Shown: positions 1-11,137, numbered from the stretch's first letter. The stretch: DNA of 64,000 nt from Myxococcota bacterium (GCA_017994695.1 JAGOKF010000002.1:21643-85642); one strand, 5' to 3'. Translations and numbers: made by a program. The notes: a model not told the origin generated them from the letters alone.

Positions 1-910
1 GCCACAGCGTGATGCCCCCGTCGGGGATCACCAGGTCCGCGTTGCCCTCGTTGGCCACCATCAGCAGCAGGTCCTTCCGCTGGTCCAGGGGCACCCACTG
101 GAAGTCCAGTTGCCCCGGCGTGGCCACCAGGTGGGGCCCCTGCTCCTCTCCCAGGACGTCGAAGGACCAGTAGGACACCGTTCCCTGGGTCTCCCCCGCG
201 ACGACCAGCGCCGAGAAGTCGGCCCCGCCGCCCCGGGGCTCGTAGCGCATCACCAGGCCCAGGGACTCCCCGGGGGCCAGCGTGACCGGCAGGCTCTGCC
301 CCTCGGACAGCGCGATGGCCTCGATGGAGAAGTCCACGCTGCCGTCCAGCCGCAGGTAGATCTCCCGGATGGACACGGCGTCGGAACCGTAGTTCTTCAG
401 CAGCACTTCCAGGTCCCGGAACTTCCCGACCTCCACCATGCCGAAGTCGATGGGGTTCGGGTCGGTGTTCAGGTCGCCCACCTGCCCGTTGGCCGTCAGG
501 CTGATCCGGGTCACGTTGCCCTGCTGGGCCACGTTGTGGGTGATCGTCAGGTAGCCGAAGTCCGCCAGGGAGTCCTTCGGGGTGTAGGTCACGCGGATCT
601 CGGTGGCCTCCCCGACGGCCAGCGTCTTCACCGCGGGCCCCTCGACCTGGAACTCCTGCTCGTTGACGCCCTCGAGATAGATCCGGTCCATCTCGACGAC
701 GCCGCTGGTGCCCACGTGGGTCAGGGTCACCGTCAGGGTCCTGGACTGCCCCAGGGCCACCGTGCCGTAGTTCAGCACGGTCGGGTTCGCCAGCAGGTTC
801 AGGTCCTCTGCGACCGACCCCCCGCTGTCCTTGCAGGAGCAGCCGCTGCCGCCCGGGCCCATCGCCAGCAGGACGACGGCCCCCAACCAGGTCCAACGCG
901 CCTTGTTCAT
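1..910 (-). CDS. Secreted lipoprotein with repeated Ig-like (choice-of-anchor-D/ASH-like) segments; partial, 3' end lies outside the window
   Basis: The reverse complement of 908-910 is ATG. The hand translation reads MNKARWTWLGAVVLLAMGPGGSGCSCKDSGGSVAEDLNLLANPTVLNYGTVALGQSRTLTVTL..., i.e. a signal peptide plus a Cys lipobox. It has repeated 'DFG.V.VG...L.N.G' beta-sandwich-like blocks and is not Pro/Arg-rich frame junk. It is absent from the ORF track because it has no stop inside the window. Confidence 0.5.
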   Translation of the reverse strand, partial: MNKARWTWLGAVVLLAMGPGGSGCSCKDSGGSVAEDLNLLANPTVLNYGTVALGQSRTLTVTLTHVGTSGVVEMDRIYLEGVNEQEFQVEGPAVKTLAVGEATEIRVTYTPKDSLADFGYLTITHNVAQQGNVTRISLTANGQVGDLNTDPNPIDFGMVEVGKFRDLEVLLKNYGSDAVSIREIYLRLDGSVDFSIEAIALSEGQSLPVTLAPGESLGLVMRYEPRGGGADFSALVVAGETQGTVSYWSFDVLGEEQGPHLVATPGQLDFQWVPLDQRKDLLLMVANEGNADLVIPDGGITLW

Positions 911-1047
911 CTGGACACCCTCCGAGGAGATTCCGGCCCGGACGCCGGGTTCGGAATGATTCTACGGATTCCGATCCGGGATCAAGGGGTCTTGTATCAA
1001 AAAATCGGCCGCGGGGTTCCGGGGGGCACCCGTCGCGGCCGCCACTC

Positions 1048-2418
1048 GTGCTAGACTTCGCCGGGCCGCGGACGGGGAGAGGGACCGTGGAACTCGCCAG
1101 GGCAGCCCGGGAGGCCGGGGTCGTCGGGGCCGGGGGGGCCGGGTTCCCCGCCGAGGTGAAGGTGCGGGCCCGGGCCGACACCGTGATCGCCAACGGCGCC
1201 GAGTGCGAGCCCCTGCTGGTCACGGACCAGCGGGTCCTGATCCACCATGCCGGGGAGGTGCTGGCGGGACTCCGGGCCGTGGGGGAATCGGTGGGTGCCC
1301 GGCGGATCGTCCTGGCCCTGAAGGACCACTACCACGAGGCCATCGAGGCCGCCCGGCCCTTCCTTGCGGGGAATCCGCCGGTGGAACTGGCCCGGGTGGG
1401 GGACTTCTACCCCGCCGGCGACGAGCAGCTGCTGGTCCGGGAGGTGACCGGGCGGGTGGTCCCCGAGGGGGGCATCCCCCCGGAGGTCGGCGTCGTGGTC
1501 CAGAACGTCACGACCCTCCGGAACCTCCACCGGGCCCTCCAGGGCCTGCCGGTGACCCGCCGGACCCTGACCGTGACCGGCGCGGTGGCCCGCCCGGGGG
1601 TCTACGACGTGCCCCTGGGGACCCTGGCCTCGGACGTGCTGGCGATGGCCGGAGGAGCCACCCGGTCCGACATCGCGGTGATCGACGGCGGCCCGATGAT
1701 GGGCTACCTGGTCCCCGACCTGGACCACCCGGTCACCAAGACGACCTCGGCCCTGCTGGTCCTTCCCGAGGATTTCCCCTGGATCCAGGCCCGGCAGCGT
1801 CCCCTGGCCATGGACATGCGCCGGGCGGCGGCCATCTGCTGCCAGTGCCGGATGTGCACCGATCTCTGCCCCCGGTGGCTGCTGGGCCATCGCCTCCAGC
1901 CCCACCTGGCCATGCGGGCGGCCCTGGCCGGGGGCCCGGTGCCGGACGAGGTGGAGGCGATGGGCTTCCTGTGCAGCCAGTGCGGCGTCTGCGAGGTCCA
2001 CGCGTGTCCTCTGTGGCTTTCCCCCCGGAGGGTCCTCGGGGAGTTCCGGGGACGCCAGGCGGCCCGGGGGCGCCGGAACCCCTTCCGGGCACGACCCGAG
2101 GCGCCTCGGGAGGCCCAGGCCTGGGCCCGGGTGCCCAAGCCCCGCCTGGTGGAGCGCCTCGGCCTCCATGACTGGAAACTCCCGGCCCGGGGCCCGATCA
2201 CCGAGGCCGCCGATCCCTGGGAGGTCCGCATCCCCCTCCGGCAGCACGCCGGTTCCCCGGCCGTCCCCGTGGTCCGCCGCGGGCAGCGCGTCGGCCGGGG
2301 CGACCTGATCGCCGAGGCCCCCGCCGAGGGTCTGGGGGCGCGGATCCACGCGTCCATCCCGGGAATCGTGACCGACGTCGATGCTCGGACGGTCCGGATC
2401 GAACAGGAGGCCCCATGA
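1048..2418 (+). CDS. pduS: PduS-like RnfC-family Fe-S flavoprotein (cobalamin reductase-like)
   Basis: It carries the 'GVVGAGGAGFP' SLBB/NADH-FMN motif and 'ANGAECEPLL', and the N-terminal third aligns with Salmonella PduS. There are two ferredoxin-like Cys clusters (CCQCRMCTDLCP and CSQCGVCEVHACP). It starts with GTG at 1048. Confidence 0.72.
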   Translation: MLDFAGPRTGRGTVELARAAREAGVVGAGGAGFPAEVKVRARADTVIANGAECEPLLVTDQRVLIHHAGEVLAGLRAVGESVGARRIVLALKDHYHEAIEAARPFLAGNPPVELARVGDFYPAGDEQLLVREVTGRVVPEGGIPPEVGVVVQNVTTLRNLHRALQGLPVTRRTLTVTGAVARPGVYDVPLGTLASDVLAMAGGATRSDIAVIDGGPMMGYLVPDLDHPVTKTTSALLVLPEDFPWIQARQRPLAMDMRRAAAICCQCRMCTDLCPRWLLGHRLQPHLAMRAALAGGPVPDEVEAMGFLCSQCGVCEVHACPLWLSPRRVLGEFRGRQAARGRRNPFRARPEAPREAQAWARVPKPRLVERLGLHDWKLPARGPITEAADPWEVRIPLRQHAGSPAVPVVRRGQRVGRGDLIAEAPAEGLGARIHASIPGIVTDVDARTVRIEQEAP

Positions 2419-2966
2419 GCGAAGGACCCGCGATCGGCCTGCTGGAACTGACCTCCATCGCCCGGGGGATCGTCGCCGCCGACGCGATGGCGAAGCGGGC
2501 CTCGGTGCAGGTGGTCCAGAGCCGGACGGTCTGCCCGGGGAAGTTCTACACCCTGGTCGCCGGCGACGAGGAGTCGGTCCGCCTGGCCCTCGAGACCGGC
2601 GTCCACTACGCCGGGGACTACCTCGTGGACCGCCTGGTGATCCCCCGGGTCCACGAACAGGTGCTGCCGGCGGTTCTGGCGGTCCAGCCGCTCCCCGGCC
2701 TCCTGTCCGTCGGCATCATCGAGACCTTCTCCCTGGCCGGGACGATCCTCGCGGCCGACGCGGCGTGCAAGACCGCCCCGGTCACCCTGATCGAGGTGCG
2801 CCTGGGCATGGGCCTGGGGGGCAAGGCCTATGTGACGATGACCGGGGACCAGCATGACGTCGAGGCCTCCCTGGCCGCCGGAGTCGCGGCGATCGACCCG
2901 GCCCTCCGCCTCCGGAGCGAGATCATCCCGGCCCCCCACCCGTCCCTGGGCCCGACGCTCCTGTGA
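2415..2966 (+). CDS. pduT: Tandem-BMC-domain microcompartment shell protein (BMC-T), PduT-like
   Basis: It has two BMC domains ('AIGLLELTSIARGIVAADAMAKRA...' and 'VGIIETFSLAGTILAADAACKTA...'). The first domain aligns closely with PduT, including 'SRTVCPGKFYTLVAGD', which holds the conserved pore Cys. Its ATG overlaps the pduS stop (ATGA). Confidence 0.8.
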   Translation: MSEGPAIGLLELTSIARGIVAADAMAKRASVQVVQSRTVCPGKFYTLVAGDEESVRLALETGVHYAGDYLVDRLVIPRVHEQVLPAVLAVQPLPGLLSVGIIETFSLAGTILAADAACKTAPVTLIEVRLGMGLGGKAYVTMTGDQHDVEASLAAGVAAIDPALRLRSEIIPAPHPSLGPTLL

Positions 2967-2985
2967 CCCGCCGACAAAAAGGTGC

Positions 2986-3013
2986 TTGACTTCCCAAGGT
3001 CCAGGCATACAAT
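2986..3013 (+). promoter_or_regulatory. Sigma70-type promoter for the rpsL/str-S10-spc-alpha super-operon (TTGACT-N16-TACAAT)
   Basis: The sequence is cTTGACTtcccaaggtccaggcaTACAATc, 66 bp upstream of the rpsL ATG. A GGAGG RBS sits at 3066-3070. Confidence 0.6.
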
Positions 3014-3079
3014 CTCGCCCTCGCCCCCGGACCATGTCCGCCGGGCGGTAGGTTCCAGGGCGCCAAGGGAGGCGACGGA

Positions 3080-3460
3080 ATGCCGACGATCAACCAGCTG
3101 GTCCGGAAGGGGCGTCAGCCCCCGAAATACAAGTCCAAGTCCCCGGCGATGACCGGGTGCCCCTGCCGCCGAGGCGTCTGCACCCGCGTCTACACGACGA
3201 CGCCGAAGAAGCCGAACTCGGCCATGCGGAAGGTCGCGAAGGTCCGCCTGACCAACGGGTTCGAGGTGATCGCCTACATCCCCGGCGAGGGGCACAACCT
3301 CTCCGAGCACTCCCAGGTGCTGGTCCGGGGCGGGCGCGTGAAGGACCTCCCGGGCGTCCGCTACCACATCATCCGGGGAACGATGGACACGAAGGGGGTC
3401 GATGCCCGGCGGCGCAGCCGGTCCCGCTACGGCGCGAAGCAGCCCAAGGGCGTGAAGTAG
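3080..3460 (+). CDS. rpsL: 30S ribosomal protein S12
   Basis: [12 protein letters not shown]...[18 protein letters not shown]...[21 protein letters not shown]. Confidence 0.97.
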   Translation: MPTINQLVRKGRQPPKYKSKSPAMTGCPCRRGVCTRVYTTTPKKPNSAMRKVAKVRLTNGFEVIAYIPGEGHNLSEHSQVLVRGGRVKDLPGVRYHIIRGTMDTKGVDARRRSRSRYGAKQPKGVK

Positions 3461-3478
3461 CACCGAAGGAGGCACGAG

Positions 3479-3949
3479 ATGCCCAGGCGCAGGGTGGTCG
3501 AGCACCGGGAGATCGAGCCGGATCCCAAGTTCGGGGACTGGCTGGTGGCCAAGTTCATCAACTGCATGATGCACGACGGCAAGAAGGCCGTGGCGGAAAA
3601 GGTCTTCTACGAGGCGATGGACCTGATCGCCCGGAAGACCCGCGAGGATCCGCTGAAGATCTTCAAGCGGGCGGTGGAGAACGTGAAGCCCCAGGTCGAG
3701 GTGAAGTCCCGCCGGGTCGGCGGCGCCACCTACCAGGTCCCGGTGGAGATCCGGCCCGAGCGGAAGACCGCGCTGGCCATCCGCTGGATCACCTCCTACG
3801 CCCGCGGGCGATCCGAGAAGGGCATGGTGCAGAAGCTCTCGGCGGAACTGATCGACGCGTTCAACGGACGCGGCAACGCGATCAAGAAGCGGGACGACAC
3901 CCACAAGATGGCCGAGGCCAACAAGGCGTTCGCCCACTATCGCTGGTGA
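3479..3949 (+). CDS. rpsG: 30S ribosomal protein S7
   Basis: Typical S7 sequence ([20 protein letters not shown]...). It lies downstream of rpsL. Confidence 0.95.
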   Translation: MPRRRVVEHREIEPDPKFGDWLVAKFINCMMHDGKKAVAEKVFYEAMDLIARKTREDPLKIFKRAVENVKPQVEVKSRRVGGATYQVPVEIRPERKTALAIRWITSYARGRSEKGMVQKLSAELIDAFNGRGNAIKKRDDTHKMAEANKAFAHYRW

Positions 3950-3966
3950 CGTCGAAGGGGATTTCC

Positions 3967-6060
3967 GTGGCCAGGGCGACCGACATCGCGGTGGTTCGCA
4001 ACATCGGCATCATGGCCCACATCGATGCCGGCAAGACCACCACGACCGAGCGGGTGCTCTACTACACGGGGGTCTCCCACCGCCTCGGCGACGTGGACGC
4101 GGGCAACACCCAGATGGACTGGATGGAGCAGGAACAGGAGCGCGGCATCACGATCACCTCCGCCGCGACCACCTGCTTCTGGCGGGACCACCAGGTCAAC
4201 ATCATCGACACTCCCGGACACGTGGACTTCACCGTCGAGGTGGAGCGCAGCCTCCGGGTGCTCGACGGGGCCATCGTGGTCTTCTGCGCGGTGGGCGGCG
4301 TCCAGCCCCAGACCGAAACGGTCTGGCGCCAGGCGAACCGCTACCGGGTGCCGCGACTGGCCTTCGTCAACAAGATGGACCGGACCGGGGCCGACTTCTG
4401 GCGATGCGTCGGGCAGATGCGCGGGCGCCTCAAGGCGCACGCCATCCCGGTGCAGATCCCCCTCGGTCGGGAGTCTGGGTTCCGAGGCGTCGTGGACCTC
4501 GTGAACCGGAGGGCCCTCGTCTGGGACAGGGACACCCTCGGCGCGGACTACTCCGTCCGCGACATCCCCACCGACTTCCTCGAGGCCGCCCAGAAGGCCC
4601 GGACCGAGTTGCTGGACACCGTGGTGGAGCAGGACGACGCGGTCCTCGAGGCCTACCTGGCCGGCCAGGAGCCCGACGCCGCGACCCTGAACCGCCTGAT
4701 CCGCCAGGGGACGCTGAAGGGCGACATCGTTCCGGTGCTCTGCGGGACCGCCTTCAAGAACAAGGGCGTGCAGCCGCTGCTGGACGCCGTGGTGGACTGG
4801 CTCCCCTCCCCGGCGGACCTGCCGCCGGTGACCGGCGTCGAGCCCTACCGGTCCAACGGCCACGTCGTCGAGGTCCGGCGGTCGGCGTCGGACGACGAGC
4901 CCTTTTGCGGGCTGGCCTTCAAACTGATGAACGACCCCTTCGTGGGCCAGCTGACCTTCGTCCGGGTTTACTCGGGGGTCCTGCGGTCCGGCGAGGCCCT
5001 GCTGAACACCAACCAGGACCGCAGGGAGCGGGCGGGGCGCCTGGTGCGCATCCACGCGAACAAACGCGAGGAGGTCCAGGAGATCCGGGCCGGCGACATC
5101 GGGGGCGTGGTGGGGCTGAAGGTCACCGTGACGGGCGACACTCTCTGCGACGCGAACCATCCCATCCGTCTCGAGTCGGTCCGGTTCCCGGAACCCGTCG
5201 TGGAGGCGGCCCTGGAGTCCGACACGAAGGGCGACGACGAGCGGCTCTTCCAGGCACTCAAGCGCCTGGCCCTGGAGGACCCCTCCTTCAAGTTCAAGGT
5301 CCACGAGGAGACCGGCCAGACCCTGATCGCCGGCATGGGGGAACTGCACCTCGAGATCCTGGTGGACCGCCTCCGGCGGGAATTCAAGGTGGAGAGCCGC
5401 ATGGGGCGCCCCCAGGTCTCCTACCGGGAGACGGTGACCCGGAGCGCCGAGGCCGATTCCCGCTATGTGAAGCAGACCGGCGGCCACGGCCAGTACGGCC
5501 ATGTGGTGATGCGCATCGACCCCCTGCCCCGGAACTCGGGCCTCCTCTTCGAGGACCGCACCGTGGGCGGCGTGATCCCGAAAGAGTACATCCCCGCCGT
5601 CGAGAAAGGGGTCCGGGAGGCCGCCCAGCTGGGCGTGCTGGCGGGCTACCCGGTGGTGGACTGCAAGGTGACCTTGCTGGACGGGTCCTACCACGAGGTG
5701 GACTCGTCGGACCTCGCGTTCCGGATCGCCGCCTCGATGGGCCTGAAGGACCTGGTGGCCCGGGCGAACCCGGTGCTGCTGGAGCCGGTGATGCTCCTCG
5801 AGGTCGAACTCCCCTCGGAGTACCTGGGGGAGGTTCTGGGGAACCTCTCGACCCGCCGGGGCCGAATCGTCCGCCTGGAGACCCAGGAGACGGGGCACCA
5901 GGTGGTGGCCGAGGTCCCCCTGGGAGAGATGTTCGGCTACGTGACCCAGCTGCGGTCCCTGACCCAGGGTCGGGGGACGCAGACGATGGAGTTTCTGCAC
6001 TACGCGCCCACCCCTCCGGCCATCCAGGCGAAGGTGGTGAGCGCGGGGAGGAGCGTCTGA
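3967..6060 (+). CDS. fusA: Elongation factor G
   Basis: It has the GTPase G1 motif '[20 protein letters not shown]'. GTG starts are possible at 3967 (preferred) or 3946 (overlapping the rpsG stop). Full-length EF-G of ~697 aa. The track ORF 3157..6060 only gets its 967 aa from out-of-context upstream sequence in the same frame. Confidence 0.93.
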   Translation: MARATDIAVVRNIGIMAHIDAGKTTTTERVLYYTGVSHRLGDVDAGNTQMDWMEQEQERGITITSAATTCFWRDHQVNIIDTPGHVDFTVEVERSLRVLDGAIVVFCAVGGVQPQTETVWRQANRYRVPRLAFVNKMDRTGADFWRCVGQMRGRLKAHAIPVQIPLGRESGFRGVVDLVNRRALVWDRDTLGADYSVRDIPTDFLEAAQKARTELLDTVVEQDDAVLEAYLAGQEPDAATLNRLIRQGTLKGDIVPVLCGTAFKNKGVQPLLDAVVDWLPSPADLPPVTGVEPYRSNGHVVEVRRSASDDEPFCGLAFKLMNDPFVGQLTFVRVYSGVLRSGEALLNTNQDRRERAGRLVRIHANKREEVQEIRAGDIGGVVGLKVTVTGDTLCDANHPIRLESVRFPEPVVEAALESDTKGDDERLFQALKRLALEDPSFKFKVHEETGQTLIAGMGELHLEILVDRLRREFKVESRMGRPQVSYRETVTRSAEADSRYVKQTGGHGQYGHVVMRIDPLPRNSGLLFEDRTVGGVIPKEYIPAVEKGVREAAQLGVLAGYPVVDCKVTLLDGSYHEVDSSDLAFRIAASMGLKDLVARANPVLLEPVMLLEVELPSEYLGEVLGNLSTRRGRIVRLETQETGHQVVAEVPLGEMFGYVTQLRSLTQGRGTQTMEFLHYAPTPPAIQAKVVSAGRSV

Positions 6061-6062
6061 AG

Positions 6063-6371
6063 ATGGGCATCCAGAGGATTCGCATTCGGCTGAAGGCGTA
6101 CGACCACAAGATCCTGGACCAGTCGGTGGCGGAGATCATCGCGACCGTCCGCAAGACCGACGCCACCGTCGCGGGCCCGATCCCCCTGCCGACGAAGATC
6201 AGCCGGTACACGGTGCTCCGGTCGCCGCACACCGACAAGAAGAGCCGCGAGCAGTTCGAGATCCGGACCCACAAGCGGCTGATCGACCTGCTGGACCCGT
6301 CCCAGCAGACCCTGGAGGCCCTGACGAAACTGGACCTGAGTCCGGGCGTGGACGTGGAGATCAAGGCCTGA
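6063..6371 (+). CDS. rpsJ: 30S ribosomal protein S10
   Basis: [21 protein letters not shown]...[11 protein letters not shown]... The start lies 2 nt after the fusA stop. Confidence 0.95.
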   Translation: MGIQRIRIRLKAYDHKILDQSVAEIIATVRKTDATVAGPIPLPTKISRYTVLRSPHTDKKSREQFEIRTHKRLIDLLDPSQQTLEALTKLDLSPGVDVEIKA

Positions 6372-6388
6372 AGCGAGGCGAGGACACC

Positions 6389-7005
<617 letters not shown>

Positions 7006-7009
<4 letters not shown>

Positions 7010-7296
7010 AGAGCCCCTACGACGTGATTCGTCGCCCTCTCATCACCGAGAAGGCGAACATCGACAAGGAGCGGCGGAACACCTACCACTTCGAGGTCCC
7101 CCTGACGGTGGACCGGCAGGAGATCCGCCAGGCAGTCGAGGCCGTCTTCCACGTCCACGTCGAGGACGTGAGGACGATGGTGGTGCAGGGCAAGGAGCGC
7201 CGCCTGGGGCGGTTCCTGGGCCGGAAGCCGTCCTGGAAGAAGGCGATCGTCACCCTCCGGGAGGGGGAATCGATCGACATCTTCGAGGCCCGCTAG
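7006..7296 (+). CDS. rplW: 50S ribosomal protein L23
   Basis: [17 protein letters not shown]... The ATG overlaps the rplD stop. Confidence 0.93.
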
Positions 7297-7315
7297 GACA
7301 GAGAAGGAGCGCGAG

Positions 7316-8140
7316 ATGGCCATCATCAAGTTCAAACCGACCTCCCCGGGACGACGGGGCATGGAGGTGGCGGACTTCTCGGACATCACCCGGGACCGCC
7401 CCGAGAAGTCGCTCCTGGCCCCGAAGCACGAGCGGGCCGGACGGAACGTGTACGGGCGCGTGACCTCCCGCCACCGGGGCGGCGGCCACGCCCAGAAGTA
7501 CCGGGTGATCGACTTCAAGCGGGACAAGACCGGCGTGCCGGCCCGGGTCGCCCACATCGAATACGACCCGAACCGCAGCGCCCGGATCGCCCTGCTGCAT
7601 TACCGGGACGGCGAGAAGCGCTACATCCTCGCCCCCCGGGAGCTGCGGGTCGGTGACGAGGTGGTCTCGGCGGCCCACGCCGAGATCCGGCCGGGGAACT
7701 CCCTGCCCCTGAAGAACATCCCCCAGGGGACCCTGGTGCACAACATCGAGCTGAAGCCCGGTGCCGGCGGCCAGATGGTGCGGTCCGCGGGGACCTCGGC
7801 CCAGGTGATGGCCCTGGAGGGCGGCTACGCGCTGCTCCGGATGCCCTCCGGGGAACTGCGGAAGGTCCGGGAGGAATGCCGGGCGACGATCGGCGACGTC
7901 AGCAACCCGGACCACGAGAACGTCTCGATCGGCAAGGCCGGGCGGAACCGGTGGCGCGGCGTGCGGCCCCAGAGCCGCGGCGTCGTGATGAACCCCATCG
8001 ACCACCCGATGGGAGGCGGCGAGGGGAAGACCTCCGGCGGCCGCCATCCCTGCACCCCCTGGGGAAAGCCCACCAAGGGGTACAAGACGCGGCAGAACAA
8101 GCGGACCGATCACCTGATCGTGAAGCGGCGCTCGAAGTAG
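7316..8140 (+). CDS. rplB: 50S ribosomal protein L2
   Basis: [15 protein letters not shown]...GGGHAQKYR...HPMGGGEGK. Confidence 0.96.
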   Translation: MAIIKFKPTSPGRRGMEVADFSDITRDRPEKSLLAPKHERAGRNVYGRVTSRHRGGGHAQKYRVIDFKRDKTGVPARVAHIEYDPNRSARIALLHYRDGEKRYILAPRELRVGDEVVSAAHAEIRPGNSLPLKNIPQGTLVHNIELKPGAGGQMVRSAGTSAQVMALEGGYALLRMPSGELRKVREECRATIGDVSNPDHENVSIGKAGRNRWRGVRPQSRGVVMNPIDHPMGGGEGKTSGGRHPCTPWGKPTKGYKTRQNKRTDHLIVKRRSK

Positions 8141-8153
8141 CACGGAGGACGGT

Positions 8154-8444
8154 ATGCCTCGCTCGGTGAAAAAGGGTCCTTTCGTGGACAGGCACCTGGT
8201 GGAGAAGATCGAGGCGGCCCTGCGCTCGGGCCAGAAGAAGTCCATCAAGACGTGGTCCCGGCGGAGCGTGATCCTGCCGGAGATGGTGGGCTTCAACTTC
8301 GCCGTGCACAACGGCAAGAAGTTCATCCCGGTCTTCGTCACCGAGAACATGGTGGGTCACAAGTTGGGCGAGTTCGCGCCGACCCGGACCTTCCACCAGC
8401 ACTCCGGCGACCGGAAGGGCAAGGTGGAAGGGAAGAAGAAGTGA
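8154..8444 (+). CDS. rpsS: 30S ribosomal protein S19
   Basis: [12 protein letters not shown]...[24 protein letters not shown]. Confidence 0.96.
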   Translation: MPRSVKKGPFVDRHLVEKIEAALRSGQKKSIKTWSRRSVILPEMVGFNFAVHNGKKFIPVFVTENMVGHKLGEFAPTRTFHQHSGDRKGKVEGKKK

Positions 8445-8454
8445 GGGGAGTGAG

Positions 8455-8799
8455 ATGGACGATCACGTCGTGAGGGCCAAGGCCCGGTACATCCGAATGG
8501 CTCCCCGCAAGGTCCGGGTGGTGGCCAACGCCATCCGGGGCAAGCGCGTGGACGAGGCGACGGCGGTGCTGGCGTTCATTCCCCGGAGGGCCGTGAGGCC
8601 CGTCACGAAGGTGCTGAACGCGGCCATCGATGCCGCCCGGCAGAAGGGTTCCTTCGACATGGACAACCTCTATGTGAAGGAGATCTTCGTGGACCAGGGA
8701 CCCTGCCTGAAGCGGCGCCTGTCCCGGGCCAGGGGCATGGCGACGCCGATCCACAAGTTCCTGAGCCATGTGACCGTCGTGCTGGGCGAGTTGGAGTAG
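8455..8799 (+). CDS. rplV: 50S ribosomal protein L22
   Basis: Typical L22 order and sequence ([19 protein letters not shown]). Confidence 0.93.
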   Translation: MDDHVVRAKARYIRMAPRKVRVVANAIRGKRVDEATAVLAFIPRRAVRPVTKVLNAAIDAARQKGSFDMDNLYVKEIFVDQGPCLKRRLSRARGMATPIHKFLSHVTVVLGELE

Positions 8800-8809
8800 G
8801 AGGGACCCC

Positions 8810-9439
8810 GTGGGCCAGAAGACGCATCCGATCGGTTTTCGGATCCCCTACGTGAAGGGGTGGAGTTCCCGTTGGTACGCGGGCCGTCACTACGGCCGGT
8901 GGGCCTACGAGGACGTGCAGATTCGGAAGACGGTCCGTGAGAAGATGGGCGCGGCGGGCATCTCCGCGGTGCACATCGAGCGCACCGCCAACAAGGTGAA
9001 GGTCTTCATCCTGGCGGCCCGCCCCGGGGTGGCCATCGGGCGAAAGAGCGAGAACATCGAGGAACTGAAGCGGACCCTGACCCGGCTGACCTCGATGGAG
9101 GTCGTGCCCTACATCCAGGAGGTCCGGAAGATCGAACTGGACGCCCAGCTGGTCGCCGAGTCGGTCGCCCAGCAGCTGGAGCGGCGGGTGTCCTTCCGCC
9201 GGGCCACCAAGCGGGCCGTGCAGCAGGCGATGAAACTGGGGGCCAAGGGGATCCGCATCCGCTGCTCCGGACGCCTGGGCGGCGCCGAGATGAGCCGGGT
9301 GCTCCAGTACCGCGAGGGCCGCGTCCCCCTCCAGACGCTCCGGGCCGACCTGGACTACGGCCTGGCCGAGGCGCGGACGACCTACGGCGTGATCGGGGTG
9401 AAGACCTGGATCTACAAGGGTGACATTCTGAAGAAGTGA
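8810..9439 (+). CDS. rpsC: 30S ribosomal protein S3
   Basis: [12 protein letters not shown]... KH domain. Confidence 0.95.
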   Translation: MGQKTHPIGFRIPYVKGWSSRWYAGRHYGRWAYEDVQIRKTVREKMGAAGISAVHIERTANKVKVFILAARPGVAIGRKSENIEELKRTLTRLTSMEVVPYIQEVRKIELDAQLVAESVAQQLERRVSFRRATKRAVQQAMKLGAKGIRIRCSGRLGGAEMSRVLQYREGRVPLQTLRADLDYGLAEARTTYGVIGVKTWIYKGDILKK

Positions 9440-9491
9440 TCCCGGGCCGGCGGCCGAAAGGGGCCGCGCCCCCGGGAGGGAGGAGGCGACG

Positions 9492-9908
9492 ATGCTGTCT
9501 CCGGCGAGAACGAAGTGGCGCAAGCAGCAGAAGGGCCGGATGCGGGGGACCGCCTGGCGGGGAAGCGAGGTCTCCTTCGGGGAGTTCGCGCTGCAGGCGA
9601 CGGAGTGCGGATGGATCACGGCCCGGCAGATCGAGGCGGCCCGTATCGCCATCAACCGCCACGTGAAGCGCGGTGCCCAGCTGTGGATCCGGGTCTTCCC
9701 CGACAAGCCCATTTCCAAGAAGCCCCTGGAGACCCGCATGGGTCGCGGCAAGGGCGCTCCCGAGGAGTGGGTCGCCGTGATCCGGCCGGGGCGGGTGCTC
9801 TACGAGATCGAGGGCGTGGACGAGGCGACCGCCCGGGAGTGCTTCCGGCTGGCGGCGATGAAACTGCCGATCCACACCCAGGTGCTGAAGCGGGGGGAAA
9901 TCCGATGA
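9492..9908 (+). CDS. rplP: 50S ribosomal protein L16
   Basis: [19 protein letters not shown]...[11 protein letters not shown]. Confidence 0.95.
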   Translation: MLSPARTKWRKQQKGRMRGTAWRGSEVSFGEFALQATECGWITARQIEAARIAINRHVKRGAQLWIRVFPDKPISKKPLETRMGRGKGAPEEWVAVIRPGRVLYEIEGVDEATARECFRLAAMKLPIHTQVLKRGEIR

Positions 9909-10114
9909 AGTCCCTGAAGGCCGAGGAATTGCGGGCCCTGTCGGACGAGGATCTGGTCCGTCGGGAGAACGAGCACCGGGAGAGCCTGTTCAAGTTCCGG
10001 ATGCGGCTGGCCACGGGCCAGATGAGCAAGATGGCCGACATCCAGGCCACTCGCCGGAACCTGGCCAGGATCCTGACCGAACAGAACCGCCGGCGAAAGG
10101 CCGCGCAGCAGTGA
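9905..10114 (+). CDS. rpmC: 50S ribosomal protein L29
   Basis: [39 protein letters not shown]. The ATG overlaps the rplP stop. Confidence 0.9.
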   Translation: MKSLKAEELRALSDEDLVRRENEHRESLFKFRMRLATGQMSKMADIQATRRNLARILTEQNRRRKAAQQ

Positions 10115-10407
10115 GGGCAGCGATGGAAGAGCAGCAGAAGGCCCCGAAGGTCCGTCATCAGCGCAACCTGATCGGGCGGGTGACCAGCGTGTCCGGTGCG
10201 AAGACGGTGGTGGTCGCCGTTTCCCGGAGGTACCAGCACCCGACCTTCAAGAAGTACGTCACGAGGGTCCGGCACTACACCGCCCACGACGAGAAGAGCG
10301 CCTGCGGCGTGGGGGACCAGGTCCGGATCGTCGAAAGCCGGCCGCTGTCGGCGACCAAGCGCTGGCGGGTGGCCGAACTGGTCCAGAAGTCGCGGCTGGC
10401 CGAGTGA
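10111..10407 (+). CDS. rpsQ: 30S ribosomal protein S17
   Basis: ...NLIGRVTSVSGAKTVVVAVSRRYQHPTFKKYV... A GTG at 10111 overlaps the rpmC stop; alternatively an ATG at 10123. Confidence 0.93.
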   Translation: MRAAMEEQQKAPKVRHQRNLIGRVTSVSGAKTVVVAVSRRYQHPTFKKYVTRVRHYTAHDEKSACGVGDQVRIVESRPLSATKRWRVAELVQKSRLAE

Positions 10408-10442
10408 GGCGTGGCGGCGTGGCCATCGGGGAGAGGTGACGC

Positions 10443-10811
10443 ATGGTACAGCAAGAGAGCTACCTGGTTTCGGCCGACAACTCCGGGGCGAAACTCCTGC
10501 AGGTGATCCGCGTGATCGGGGGATCGACCCGCCGCTACGCCTCCGTGGGGGACATGGTCGTCGCGACGGTGAAGGAGGCCCTGCCCCGGTCGAAGGTCAA
10601 GAAGGGCGAGGTCGTGAAGGCCGTGATCGTCCGGACCGCCAAGGAGGTGGGCCGGTCCGACGGCACCTTCATCCGCTTCGATGAGAACGCCGCGGTGCTG
10701 ATCAACCAGGCGATGGAGCCCATCGGGACCCGCATCTTCGGGCCGGTGGCCCGGGAACTCCGGGCCGCGCGCTTCCTGAAGATCGTCTCGCTGGCACCGG
10801 AGGTGCTGTGA
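10443..10811 (+). CDS. rplN: 50S ribosomal protein L14
   Basis: [17 protein letters not shown]... Confidence 0.96.
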   Translation: MVQQESYLVSADNSGAKLLQVIRVIGGSTRRYASVGDMVVATVKEALPRSKVKKGEVVKAVIVRTAKEVGRSDGTFIRFDENAAVLINQAMEPIGTRIFGPVARELRAARFLKIVSLAPEVL

Positions 10812-11137
10812 TGAACAAGATCCGCAAGAACGACGAGGTCGTGGTCCTCCGGGGCAGGAATGCCGGGTCCAAGGGGAAGGTCCTGGAGGTGGACGGCAAG
10901 TCCGGCCGCGCGGTGGTCGAGGGGGTGAACCTGGTGAAGAAGCACGCGAAGCGCAAGACCAAGCGCCTCGAGGCGGGAATCCAGCAGAAGCCCGCGCCCC
11001 TGCCCCTGTCGGCCCTGAGCCTGGTGAGCCGGAAGGACGGCAAGGCGGTCCGGGTCCACTTCGAACTGCGGGAGGGCGCCGGCGGAAAGACCCGGAAGGT
11101 GCGCGTCGCCTCGAGGACCGGCGAGGTGTTCGACTAG
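10808..11137 (+). CDS. rplX: 50S ribosomal protein L24
   Basis: [31 protein letters not shown] motif. Confidence 0.93.
   Translation: MMNKIRKNDEVVVLRGRNAGSKGKVLEVDGKSGRAVVEGVNLVKKHAKRKTKRLEAGIQQKPAPLPLSALSLVSRKDGKAVRVHFELREGAGGKTRKVRVASRTGEVFD

Noticed and set aside
110-1054. A 314-aa plus-strand ORF.
   Set aside because: It is antisense to a convincing signal-peptide lipoprotein gene on the minus strand (908-910 ATG).
3157-6060. A 967-aa plus-strand track ORF spanning rpsL through fusA.
   Set aside because: The extra length is a GC-driven open wrong-frame run upstream (Pro/Arg/Gly-rich). Only the EF-G portion from 3967 onward is real.
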